Program-made: the position numbers and the translations under genes | The notes under the pieces: generated by a model | Seen by the model: the letters and a program-made list of their open reading frames with translations, nothing else | What the model was told of the DNA's origin: nothing | Database searches by the model: none | Shown: piece by piece, positions 1 to 8,442 of the stretch | Layout of the letters: each line of letters opens with the position of its first letter | How positions within the stretch are numbered: the stretch's first letter is position 1 | DNA from: an uncultured delta proteobacterium | Lineage (GTDB): Bacteria > Desulfobacterota > Binatia > Binatales > Binataceae | Reading direction: 5' to 3' | NCBI GenBank assembly: GCA_963711565.1 | Contig: CAVQEQ010000001.1 | Location: 672,001 to 736,000, forward strand | Length of the DNA: 64,000 nucleotides

Positions 1-278
1 AACGCGAATAGTTTGTTGGCGGGCGTCGCGGCGAAACCAGCCAGTCCGGCAAGTCCAGCGCACCAACCGTCTATCAACCGCATCAAGCGGTCCAACTTGG
101 GCGGCGAGCTCAGTAAAACATCGATGACGTATTTGAAGGCCAGCGGAAACGCGAGCGGAAGCGTAAATTTGCCCACTCCCATCAGGGCAGCACCAACCAC
201 CAATCGGAGGTACGGTCTGATGAATCCGGCGAATCTAAAAATTACCGAGTGAGAAAATTTTTCCGCGTCAGGGTCCAT
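1..278 (-). CDS. ABC exporter, fused permease/ATP-binding protein (Sav1866/MsbA-like); N-terminal part only, runs off the window
   Basis: Not in the ORF track. Read manually from ATG at 278, with GAGG upstream: MDPDAEKFSHSVIFRFAGFIRPYLRLVVGAALMGVGKFTLPLAFPLAFKYVIDVLL..., which resembles the elbow helix and TM1 of Sav1866-type exporters. The frame is open to the window edge. Confidence 0.75.
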   Translation of the reverse strand, partial: MDPDAEKFSHSVIFRFAGFIRPYLRLVVGAALMGVGKFTLPLAFPLAFKYVIDVLLSSPPKLDRLMRLIDGWCAGLAGLAGFAATPANKLFA

Positions 279-349
279 AGCAAAATCCTCAGGAAATTCC
301 GTTCGGTGCGGAGGCGCGAGGGGCGGGAACAACCCGGCCCTAGAGAAAA

Positions 350-364
350 GCAACCTATGTGCCT
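350..364 (-). promoter_or_regulatory. sigma-54 -24/-12 promoter of the ABC exporter
   Basis: The minus strand reads AGGCACATAGGTTGC (GG-N10-GC), about 70 nt upstream of ATG 278. Confidence 0.65.
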
Positions 365-493
365 GTGAACGCGCCTGATTACTAGCGGCATTATTCGTCG
401 CGCCAGTCGGGTCCGATGCTTCCTGTGAAATTTTGGACGTACCAAATCGTCGAGCTGAACAACCAATTGCGCAAAAGATGAGAGTGCGGGCGT

Positions 494-508
494 TGGCGCG
501 AAATTCGC
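494..508 (+). promoter_or_regulatory. sigma-54 -24/-12 promoter of the MFS/Kelch operon
   Basis: TGGCGCGAAATTCGC just upstream of GTG 530. Confidence 0.5.
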
Positions 509-529
509 TTTAATTTTGCAGAGTTCTCC

Positions 530-1912
530 GTGCTTAGGCAAAAGATCAAAGCGACGGCAGAATGCGAAGCGTCGGCGCGCGACTCGAAGCATCCTGCTGA
601 AATTGGCAGCCGCGGGTCGAAGGCCACCGTCGGTGCAATAGCCATCTTGTTGCTCTACCAGGGCTACACGCTGTCAATTGTCGGCATCGCATCACCGTGG
701 ATCGCGAAGACCTACGCGCTCGACGAGCGCGGGCTCGCCCGCTTATTTGCATGGATGGCGATCTCGGCGTTCGGCGCACTAATTCTCGCGCGTCTGGCCG
801 ATCGCGTCGGGCGCCGGCTCGTGATTCTTGGCGCATTGGTCCTTGCGCCGCTTTTTTCCGCGGGCGCGGCGCTGGCGCCGACTGCCACCGCTTTCGCCGC
901 CTGCGAGATAGCGGTGTCGGCGCTGCTCGGAGGATCGGTCTCCTCGGCGATCGTGCTGCTCGCCGAAGAACTGCCGGTCAAGCAGCGCGCTCGCGGGCAG
1001 GCGGTCGCCGCGCTGGCGAGCGCGATCGGCGGCGTAATTGGCTATCTGATCATTCCCGGGCTACTGGCGTGGAACTATTCGTGGCGATGGCTGCTGGCGC
1101 CTTCGGCGGCCGGAGTGTTGCTGGTAGTTCCGATAGCCATCATGCTGCCGGCGCAATCGAGGTGGTCGAATGCCGCCGCTGCAGGTACCGCGAAGCGCAG
1201 TCACTTCTACGATATTTTTCATCCGATCTATCGACGCCGATCGATCACGTTGCTGATCTGCGCAGCGCTCGACACCGTCGCAGGCACCGCAGTGAACGGC
1301 TGGCTCTACTATCAGGCCGTCTCGATCCTGGGCCTCTCGCCCGCATCGGCAAGCACGCTGGTGGTTACGGGAATGGGAGTCGGCATGATCGGATTTCCAA
1401 TTGGCGCGTGGACCTCGGAACGTTTCGGACGCGTGCCGACCGTGGTCTACATGGGTGGCGCGGCGTGGCTCGGCGCGTTTGCGTTCTACTTTGGCCCGCC
1501 GGCATTCGTCAGTTGGCCGTTCATGTGGCTGGTGGTCGTCTATTGCTGGTTCAAAGTCGCGTCGGACGTGATGACGGTCGGCGCGAACTCCGCGGCGACT
1601 GAACTCTTCCCCGCCGCCTTGCGCACCACGATGATCGGCGCGCAAGGAATCACCGCGGCCCTTTTCTCGATGCTGGCGCAAGTCCTGATCGCTGCGTTGA
1701 TAGGTCCGCTCGGCGGACTCGCGCGCGTCATCCGCTACCTGGCTTTGCTGGGCATTCCAAGCGCCGCGATCTTCGGGCTGTTCATCGATGAGACCCGCGG
1801 TCTAACGCTCGAGCGATCGGCGCTCGAAGATCAGTGGGACGAAGTTCGACACGACCCGGATCCGGCGGAAGCCGAAAATCGCCGTTACGCCGCCGATACG
1901 GTGTCGCGATGA
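530..1912 (+). CDS. MFS transporter
   Basis: About 12 hydrophobic segments; MFS motif A (LADRVGRR and SERFGR), ELFPAALR and C-terminal ETRG. Confidence 0.9.
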   Translation: MLRQKIKATAECEASARDSKHPAEIGSRGSKATVGAIAILLLYQGYTLSIVGIASPWIAKTYALDERGLARLFAWMAISAFGALILARLADRVGRRLVILGALVLAPLFSAGAALAPTATAFAACEIAVSALLGGSVSSAIVLLAEELPVKQRARGQAVAALASAIGGVIGYLIIPGLLAWNYSWRWLLAPSAAGVLLVVPIAIMLPAQSRWSNAAAAGTAKRSHFYDIFHPIYRRRSITLLICAALDTVAGTAVNGWLYYQAVSILGLSPASASTLVVTGMGVGMIGFPIGAWTSERFGRVPTVVYMGGAAWLGAFAFYFGPPAFVSWPFMWLVVVYCWFKVASDVMTVGANSAATELFPAALRTTMIGAQGITAALFSMLAQVLIAALIGPLGGLARVIRYLALLGIPSAAIFGLFIDETRGLTLERSALEDQWDEVRHDPDPAEAENRRYAADTVSR

Positions 1913-3330
1913 CAGACCGATCCACAGTTTCGCTCGGCAGCCGGAGCATCCGGGCGTGCCTATTGTGCGCGATTGCACTCGGCCTTCTCGTCGCAACAGC
2001 CTTGGCGACAGACAGTGAGCAAACTGGTACAGCGCGCGAAGAATCGCCCATGACGCCGCACAGCTATGGGGCATTGAAGCCAATCGTTTTAATTGCGGGA
2101 GGCACCGGTTACGTCGATCTCCCAACTGGCAAAAGTCCGGGAGTCCTCAATTCCGCGGAAATTTACGATCCGACTCTTCGTCGATTTCTGCCAATCGCGC
2201 CGATGAACGAGCGCCGCGACCAGTTTAATGCGACCGCGATCTCGATGGACAAGGTTCTGATAGTAGGCGGTATCAACACTCTGCTGGTCCCTTTGAACGT
2301 ATTTCCCGGGCCGGCAATGCCCTGGATTTTACGTTCCGCTGAAATCTTCAATTCCGGCAATGGCAAGTTCGTTGCGGTGCCGAGCACGAAGTCCCCGCGC
2401 GACGAGCCAACCGTCACGGCTTTGAAAAACGGCGATCTGCTGATTGTTGGCGGCGACTCGCCGTCGGCCGAGATCTACGATCCGGCGTCGAATACCTTCT
2501 CCGAGACCGGCGCGATGGCCGCGAGCCGTCACGGACAGAGCGCGACCTTGCTGCGCGACGGCCGTGTGTTGATAGCTGGAGGTGGATTCGAGAAGCTGGA
2601 GCTTTACGATCCCGCCGGCGGAAAGTTCAATTTTGCCGGCAAGCTCAGTAACAATCGGCTGTATCACACCGCGACGCTGCTCGATAACGGCCTCGTTCTA
2701 ATCGCGGGCGGTTGCCCCTACGCGCGGAGCAGCGCGCTCGACACCAGCGAAATCTTCGACGAATCGAAGCAAACCGTCGTCGATGGGCCGAAGATGACTC
2801 AAAGACGCGCCGGACATACGGCAACGCTGCTGGGCGACGGACGAGTCTTGATCGCCGGCGGTCGCGCCGACAAGTCGTCCGAGCTGTACGATCCCGAGTC
2901 GGGCCAGTTCGTCGAAGGGCCGGAGATGGTCGAAGCCCGCTCCGGACAATCGGCGACACTTCTGCCGGATGGAACCGTGCTGCTCGCGGGCGGATGGGAT
3001 CCGGAGTACAAGCCGCTGGCGAGCGCCGAAATCTTCGATCCGGTTGCGAACAGATTTGTTACCACCGGTGAGATGACTGAGGCGCGCGCCGGACAAAGCG
3101 CAACGCTCATACTTGGCCGCGAACCTATCACCTGGATACGGCCGACACCGTCGGCAACTCCGACTCCGACCAACACTCCGACGGGCACCGTGACTCTTAC
3201 GCCGACGGGGACTTTGACTCCCACGCCGTCGATAACTCCAACGGAATCTTTGACGCCGACGATCAGCCCGACTCCGACTGCCGACGCTGTGGCGACGCCG
3301 TCTGCAAAAGAGGCGACCCCGCGCCCGTAG
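1909..3330 (+). CDS. Secreted Kelch/galactose-oxidase-type beta-propeller protein with a Pro/Thr-rich C-terminal tail
   Basis: ATG 1909 overlaps the MFS stop (ATGA). Signal-peptide-like N-terminus; repeated R..HTATLL.DG.VLIAGG...SAE.YDP units; TP-rich tail. Confidence 0.85.
   Translation: MTDRSTVSLGSRSIRACLLCAIALGLLVATALATDSEQTGTAREESPMTPHSYGALKPIVLIAGGTGYVDLPTGKSPGVLNSAEIYDPTLRRFLPIAPMNERRDQFNATAISMDKVLIVGGINTLLVPLNVFPGPAMPWILRSAEIFNSGNGKFVAVPSTKSPRDEPTVTALKNGDLLIVGGDSPSAEIYDPASNTFSETGAMAASRHGQSATLLRDGRVLIAGGGFEKLELYDPAGGKFNFAGKLSNNRLYHTATLLDNGLVLIAGGCPYARSSALDTSEIFDESKQTVVDGPKMTQRRAGHTATLLGDGRVLIAGGRADKSSELYDPESGQFVEGPEMVEARSGQSATLLPDGTVLLAGGWDPEYKPLASAEIFDPVANRFVTTGEMTEARAGQSATLILGREPITWIRPTPSATPTPTNTPTGTVTLTPTGTLTPTPSITPTESLTPTISPTPTADAVATPSAKEATPRP
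3142..3279 (+). repeat. Low-complexity Thr-Pro repeat tail of the Kelch protein
   Basis: PTPSATPTPTNTPTGTVTLTPTGTLTPTPSITPTESLTPTISPTPT. Confidence 0.8.
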
Positions 3331-3335
3331 GCGGA

Positions 3336-5549
3336 TCAGACTTCGACTCGAACGCCACCCGATTTTTCTTTCACTTCGATCGCGGCGCCGTTCGGAGACC
3401 GCCGCAGCACGAACGAGACCCGGCCTGCGCCGACGCTCAACCCGTCGATGCTGAGCCAATCCAGCCACGATGGAATCAAGTGCGAGTCGAAGAGGACGCG
3501 GCGCTCGAACCCCAGCACGCGCATCCCAAGCATCGCCTGTAGGATCATGAAGACGCTGGCCGCCGACCACGCCTGCGGATAACACGCGACCGGATATGGC
3601 ACCGGACCGAGACCAGTCTCGCGCCGGAAGCCGCAGAACAGTTCCGGCAGACTCGAACTGCTGAGTTTCTCCGACGCCTCGAACAGGCCCGCGAGGACCT
3701 TGAGCACGCCGGCATGGTCGCCGGCGCGCGCGAGTCCAATTGCCGCCATCGCGTTGTCGTGCGGCCACACCGAGCCGTTGTGATAGCTCATCGGATTGTA
3801 GCGCTTTTCCTTGCCGGAGAGCGTGCGGATTCCCCAGCCGGAGTACATATCGTCGGCGAGCAATCGTTTGCACATCGACGCCGCGCGGTCGCCATCGACC
3901 AGTCCGGTCGCGAGGCAGTGAGCGCCGTTTGAAGTCATCACGCGGCACGGGCGTCCGTCGGCGTCGAGCGCGAGTGCTATCATGCCCTCGCGATCGAGCC
4001 AGAAATCCCGCTCAAAAGATTGTTTCAGAGCAGCGGCGCGGGTCAGCAGACGGTCGGCGACGCTGTCACGCCCGAGGCGCGATGCTACCGATGCGACATC
4101 CATGCATGCCGCGTAAACGTAGCCTTGCACCTCCGCGAGCGCGATCGGAGGACGCGCAAGCTGGCCGTCGTGATGAAAAATCGCGTCGGCGGAATCCTTC
4201 CAGCCCTGGTTGGCCAGCCCGCGCGGGGTTTCGCGCAGGTATTTGACGTATCCATCGCCGTCTCGATCGCCCCATCGTTCGATCCACTCGATGGCGCGTT
4301 CGACGTTGGGCCACAACTCGTCAGCGAGCTGAAGGTCTCCGGTGCACTCGATGCAACGTCCGTAGAGCCAGAGGAACAACGGAGTCGCGTCCACGCTGCC
4401 GTAGTATCTGCCAAACGGTACTTCGCCGAGCGCCGCCATTTCGCCGGTCCGAATCTCGTGCACGATCTTGCCCGGCTGCTCATCGCGCGCCACGTCGATC
4501 GATTCACCTTGAAGCCGCGCAAGGGTCCGCAATGTCCGAACCGCAATTTGAGGATGAAACGGAAGCACCGACAGCGCGGTTATTATGCTGTCGCGTCCGA
4601 AGAGCGTGGCGAACCACGGAACGCCCGCCATAATGAACGCGTCGCCGCGGTCGCCGCGCGCAACAATCGAGGTCAGATCGACGCCCGCACCGCGAATCAT
4701 CGTCGCGAATTCGTTGTTGCTGGCCGAGATGACGGCCCACTCGCGGCGGAATTCCGCGAGCTCCGACTGCCGTTCCGCGAGCGCCTCGCCGAAGTTCGAG
4801 GCACGACTCGGCGTAATCGACGAGTATGACTTCGATTCGCCGCCGGCCGTGATGCGGCATTCGAGTTCGCGGTTCTCACCCGGCTCGAGCCGTAGCGCGA
4901 ACACCGCGCGACTCTCGTTAATCTCGCTGGGCGTGGCATCAAAATGAATCTCGGTCGAACGCACGGCGTCATCGAGACCCCGGTAGCGAAGCTCGACGCG
5001 GCTGCCGTCAACCGAAGGACTCAGCATTTCACCGCGGCGCTTGCGGCGAAGGCCGCGTACTTCGAAGACATCGGCAAAATCAACGGCATAGTAAAAGTCG
5101 ATCTCAATCTCGACCGCGGCGTTTAAATAATTGTGCAGCGTCAGCCGATGGAACAGCGCGGTATCACCGAGCACCCATCCGCGGTTCGCCCGGATCGAGT
5201 TGCGGGGGAGCCAATCCTTCTGCCCCAGCTTGCCCAGATCGGCGTTGGTAAGCGTCGCCCGGAACTGCGCGCGATCGTCGCTCACATATGAGTTCAGAAA
5301 ATAGGGCTCGGCCCCGGAAATCAACACTTCGAAGCGGCCCAGATGCCGCGTATCGGAATAGAAGAATCCAAGCGCTTCGAGCGGTGAATCTATGATGTCG
5401 CCGGCCGTCTCAAATACCGCGAAACTGCGGCCGTTCGCGAGCACCTGACTTGCACGCCGCGACCCGAGCGAGGATGCCAGCACATAGTAGTCGGAGCCTA
5501 CCTTGACAACGGTCTGCGGCGGCGCGGTGGTAGCCCTGCGTTCTGCCAT
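3336..5549 (-). CDS. Amylo-alpha-1,6-glucosidase / glycogen-debranching-like glycoside hydrolase (GDE_N plus (alpha/alpha)6 domain)
   Basis: Motifs DTRHL, AGVPWFATLFGRDS, EQPGKIVHE, YYGSVDATPLF, NQGWKDS, YHNGSVWPHDN, LPELFCG, ACYPQAWS. Confidence 0.9.
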   Translation of the reverse strand: MAERRATTAPPQTVVKVGSDYYVLASSLGSRRASQVLANGRSFAVFETAGDIIDSPLEALGFFYSDTRHLGRFEVLISGAEPYFLNSYVSDDRAQFRATLTNADLGKLGQKDWLPRNSIRANRGWVLGDTALFHRLTLHNYLNAAVEIEIDFYYAVDFADVFEVRGLRRKRRGEMLSPSVDGSRVELRYRGLDDAVRSTEIHFDATPSEINESRAVFALRLEPGENRELECRITAGGESKSYSSITPSRASNFGEALAERQSELAEFRREWAVISASNNEFATMIRGAGVDLTSIVARGDRGDAFIMAGVPWFATLFGRDSIITALSVLPFHPQIAVRTLRTLARLQGESIDVARDEQPGKIVHEIRTGEMAALGEVPFGRYYGSVDATPLFLWLYGRCIECTGDLQLADELWPNVERAIEWIERWGDRDGDGYVKYLRETPRGLANQGWKDSADAIFHHDGQLARPPIALAEVQGYVYAACMDVASVASRLGRDSVADRLLTRAAALKQSFERDFWLDREGMIALALDADGRPCRVMTSNGAHCLATGLVDGDRAASMCKRLLADDMYSGWGIRTLSGKEKRYNPMSYHNGSVWPHDNAMAAIGLARAGDHAGVLKVLAGLFEASEKLSSSSLPELFCGFRRETGLGPVPYPVACYPQAWSAASVFMILQAMLGMRVLGFERRVLFDSHLIPSWLDWLSIDGLSVGAGRVSFVLRRSPNGAAIEVKEKSGGVRVEV

Positions 5550-5618
5550 GTGCGTTGTGGAAGCGCGACGACTGTGGAAGCGGGCGCGCCGATCGATTCG
5601 CAGTCTATCACCGGCCGT

Positions 5619-6737
5619 CTATCGGCCGACAGCCGCCGTCTGCGTTTCGAATGCAGGCTCGATGGCGTCCAGGCCAATTAGCCGATAGTAGACGCGTTCG
5701 TATTTCGCAACCATCACTTCCGACGTGAAGCGTTCCTCGAACTCACGGCGGCAGCGCGCCCTCGGAATCGAATCGACCTTGCCGACCGCGGCGACCAACT
5801 CATCAACCTCGCGCGCAATAAATCCAGTGACGCCTGGTTTGATGACTTCCGGCACCGCTCCACATGGACGCGCAATAACGGGAGTGCCGCATGCCAGCGC
5901 TTCGATCATCGCGAGGCCGAACGGCTCGGGCCAATCGATCGAGAAGAGCAGGGCCAGTGCGCCGCCGAGGAAGTCGCTTTTCTGGACGTTGTCGATCTCG
6001 CCGATGTACTCGATCATCGGCGGCTCGATGCGCGGCTCGATCACCTCGGCAAAGTACTCCCGGTCAACCGCATCCACCTTGGCCGCGATTTTAAGCGGCA
6101 CCCCCGACCTCAGCGCGACGTCGATCGCAACGTCAATACCTTTTTCCGGCGATATCCGTCCGATGAAAGCGAGATAGTCCCCGCGTCGTTCGTTGAACCG
6201 GAGGAGATTGCGCGGAATCCCGTGATGCACTGTGGCAACCCAGTTCAGGTCCGCCAGCGGCGCGCGCTGCGAGTCGCTGATCGAGACCATCGCAGCGTTG
6301 GAGAATCGATTGTAAACCGGGTGAAGTTCAGGGATGTCGAGGCGTCCATGCATTGTCGAAACTGCCGGCACTCCCGTGAGGCTGGCGAACGGGAACGACC
6401 AATAGTCGATATGGGAATGCACGATGTCGAACCGGTCGCGGGCGGATTCGAAAACTTCCGCCAGCATCGCCAGCTGCAGAGAGCATCCGAGCTCCGGCTT
6501 GCCCAGAAGCCGCAGAGCCTCCCTGCATCCGGGGACGAGATTCGCTTGAGTTTTCGAATCGCCGGCCGCAAAGAGCGTGACTTCATGGCCGCGTCGAACA
6601 AGCTCTTCGGTGACGTACGAAACGACGCGCTCGGTGCCACCGTACAATCTCGGCGGCACGCTTTCATACAATGGAGCGACTTGTGCGATCCGTAACCGTC
6701 CGCTGCACGCCCCGCCGAAATTTCCGTTACTATCCAA
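5619..6737 (-). CDS. Glycosyltransferase family 4
   Basis: RIAQVAPLYESVPPRLYGGTERVV, GRISPEKG, WPEPFGLAMIEALACGTPVI. Confidence 0.92.
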   Translation of the reverse strand: MDSNGNFGGACSGRLRIAQVAPLYESVPPRLYGGTERVVSYVTEELVRRGHEVTLFAAGDSKTQANLVPGCREALRLLGKPELGCSLQLAMLAEVFESARDRFDIVHSHIDYWSFPFASLTGVPAVSTMHGRLDIPELHPVYNRFSNAAMVSISDSQRAPLADLNWVATVHHGIPRNLLRFNERRGDYLAFIGRISPEKGIDVAIDVALRSGVPLKIAAKVDAVDREYFAEVIEPRIEPPMIEYIGEIDNVQKSDFLGGALALLFSIDWPEPFGLAMIEALACGTPVIARPCGAVPEVIKPGVTGFIAREVDELVAAVGKVDSIPRARCRREFEERFTSEVMVAKYERVYYRLIGLDAIEPAFETQTAAVGR

Positions 6738-6738
6738 T

Positions 6739-6927
6739 TTAGTTATCTCCTGACAGTTCGCCTGGCACGACGGCGGCGATCACGAGCAAAAATTGTTCGA
6801 AGGTCATGCCCACGAGATGGAAGCCTCTCTGGCAGAATAGGAATGCGTACAGATCGAGCATTTCGTCGCGAATGGATGTGGGCAACGTCGGAACCGACGA
6901 CGCAAGCGGGAAGTCCCGGGGTTCCAC
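6739..6927 (-). CDS. Possible small hydrophobic protein between manC and GT4
   Basis: GTG 6927 (or ATG 6861) opens ...RDEMLDLYAFLFCQRGFHLVGMTFEQFLLVIAAVVPGELSGDN*. It fills the gap and stops 2 nt before the GT4 start. No family recognised. Confidence 0.3.
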   Translation of the reverse strand: MEPRDFPLASSVPTLPTSIRDEMLDLYAFLFCQRGFHLVGMTFEQFLLVIAAVVPGELSGDN

Positions 6928-6940
6928 CCGGTCGAAGACT

Positions 6941-8008
6941 TCATTGCCAACCCTGAGAGCTTTTATACCGGTTGATTTGCTCCTGGAGGCCTGGAATCGC
7001 AAAAGATTTGCTCTGGGTGACACTTTGGTTCCCTCCCGAAAAGCTACCGCCGTCGCTTGAGATGGCCGCGAGCAACCGTCTGGCATCGCCTAAATCGCTC
7101 CAGCTGACTCCGGTGACGGGCAAGACCGAAAATTCCTCCGGAAATCTGGACAGCACGCTAACAGAGAAATCCGTCGTCGGCAGATCGCGAAAGATCGTGC
7201 GCAAGCTTTCCTCTTCTGACGCAGCATCGGCGAACGATTCGGTCGGCCTGAATATGCTGTACATCCCCGGCAGCGCGCTCGCGATCAACGACAGAAGAGT
7301 CATCGCGTTTGCGACGAGAATAAAGCTGTTCCAAAGGCATTTGCGGCGGTACAGATTGAGCGCGATCTCGGGCGAAGGCTTCTCCCAGAAGTGGCGAATC
7401 TGGTTGATTTGCCCCAACTCCGGATGCATCGGCGCTACGGAAGCGCCGGATTCGATCCAACCGTATTCAGTTTCGGGACCGTCCGGATTAATACCCAGCA
7501 CGACTGTGAGCCGAGGTGCGAGTTCGACGGCGCAGAAAGCCGCGGAGACGTGGCGCATGAATCTTAGATCGTCGCTGACGTAATGATCCGAGGGAAAGAT
7601 AGCCACAGGGCCTGTGTGTCCCTCCTCAATCAGCCGAAGCAGCGCGCCCAGAATGGCGGGAGCCGTTCCGCGATTTTCCGGCTGGATGAGAATATTCGAT
7701 GTCGTGCTTCCCCCAAGGATCGGGCCGAAGAACCGTTCATGTGCCCTGGTGAACACGGTTATCGTTTGCGCAGGTGGAACGACCATCAACGTCCTGCGCA
7801 TCGTCCGTTCGAGCAATGTCTCTCCATCGAACAGAGGACAGAACTGCTTCGGCAGGTGATATCCAAAGACCTTCCGCGTGAAGGAACTGAGTCGGACTCC
7901 TTCTCCTCCCGCAAGAACTACGGCGGCATAATTGGATACCTCGGGTCGCGCGGCGGCGGAGAGTGCTGAATGCATCCCGCCGCGATGAGTCGTGCCGACT
8001 CTGGGCAT
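6941..8008 (-). CDS. manC: Mannose-1-phosphate guanylyltransferase (monofunctional, no C-terminal isomerase domain)
   Basis: VVLAGGEGVRL, PKQF, QPENRGTAPAI, FPSDH, ETEYGWI, FWEKPS, LWNSFI, WSDLG; RBS GGAGA. Confidence 0.85.
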   Translation of the reverse strand: MPRVGTTHRGGMHSALSAAARPEVSNYAAVVLAGGEGVRLSSFTRKVFGYHLPKQFCPLFDGETLLERTMRRTLMVVPPAQTITVFTRAHERFFGPILGGSTTSNILIQPENRGTAPAILGALLRLIEEGHTGPVAIFPSDHYVSDDLRFMRHVSAAFCAVELAPRLTVVLGINPDGPETEYGWIESGASVAPMHPELGQINQIRHFWEKPSPEIALNLYRRKCLWNSFILVANAMTLLSLIASALPGMYSIFRPTESFADAASEEESLRTIFRDLPTTDFSVSVLSRFPEEFSVLPVTGVSWSDLGDARRLLAAISSDGGSFSGGNQSVTQSKSFAIPGLQEQINRYKSSQGWQ

Positions 8009-8071
8009 TGGACTATCTCCAGTCGTTGTTAAGTTCGACGCACGGGCAAAGATGCTCGCGCACAGAATGAA

Positions 8072-8086
8072 GCAATGGATGTGCCG
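8072..8086 (-). promoter_or_regulatory. sigma-54 promoter of the manC-GT4-hydrolase operon
   Basis: Minus strand CGGCACATCCATTGC. Confidence 0.65.
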
Positions 8087-8357
8087 TAAATTATCTGCGA
8101 GTGCAGGTCGGTTTTGCGGGCGCGAATGTGAATTCAGAAGATTTTACCTGCAGTAACCGTTGATCTCCTCTGGCGAGAATTCAACGCGTGAGGCGGTATC
8201 CGCACTCGCATCGTGTCAGCCAGGAGCGACGCGACAAGACTCGGCAAACCCCACCCCAACCTCATCGCCAGACGCCGCTTCTGGTAAATTTTTTCATAGT
8301 AGCTGAAGAAATTACCTGGCATTCCTCGAAAACTTATCGATTCCACGGACTACACGA

Positions 8358-8372
8358 TGGCCCCGCTCTTGC
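8358..8372 (+). promoter_or_regulatory. sigma-54 promoter of the glgX-treYZ operon
   Basis: TGGCCCCGCTCTTGC, about 70 nt upstream of ATG 8443. Confidence 0.65.
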
Positions 8373-8442
8373 TGCCTCGCATTTGCGGCCCTTCTTGCGT
8401 GGATGGAGAAACGTCTCGCAACTCAAGAGACGGCTTGGTCCG

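Noticed and set aside
13-252. 79-aa plus-strand ORF
   Set aside because: Shadow of the minus-strand ABC exporter 5' end.
8188-8442. Upstream extensions of glgX, and likewise of wza (45653), the HAMP kinase (34340) and the 35902 lipoprotein
   Set aside because: They run through the sigma-54 promoters and lack family similarity; downstream starts fit better.
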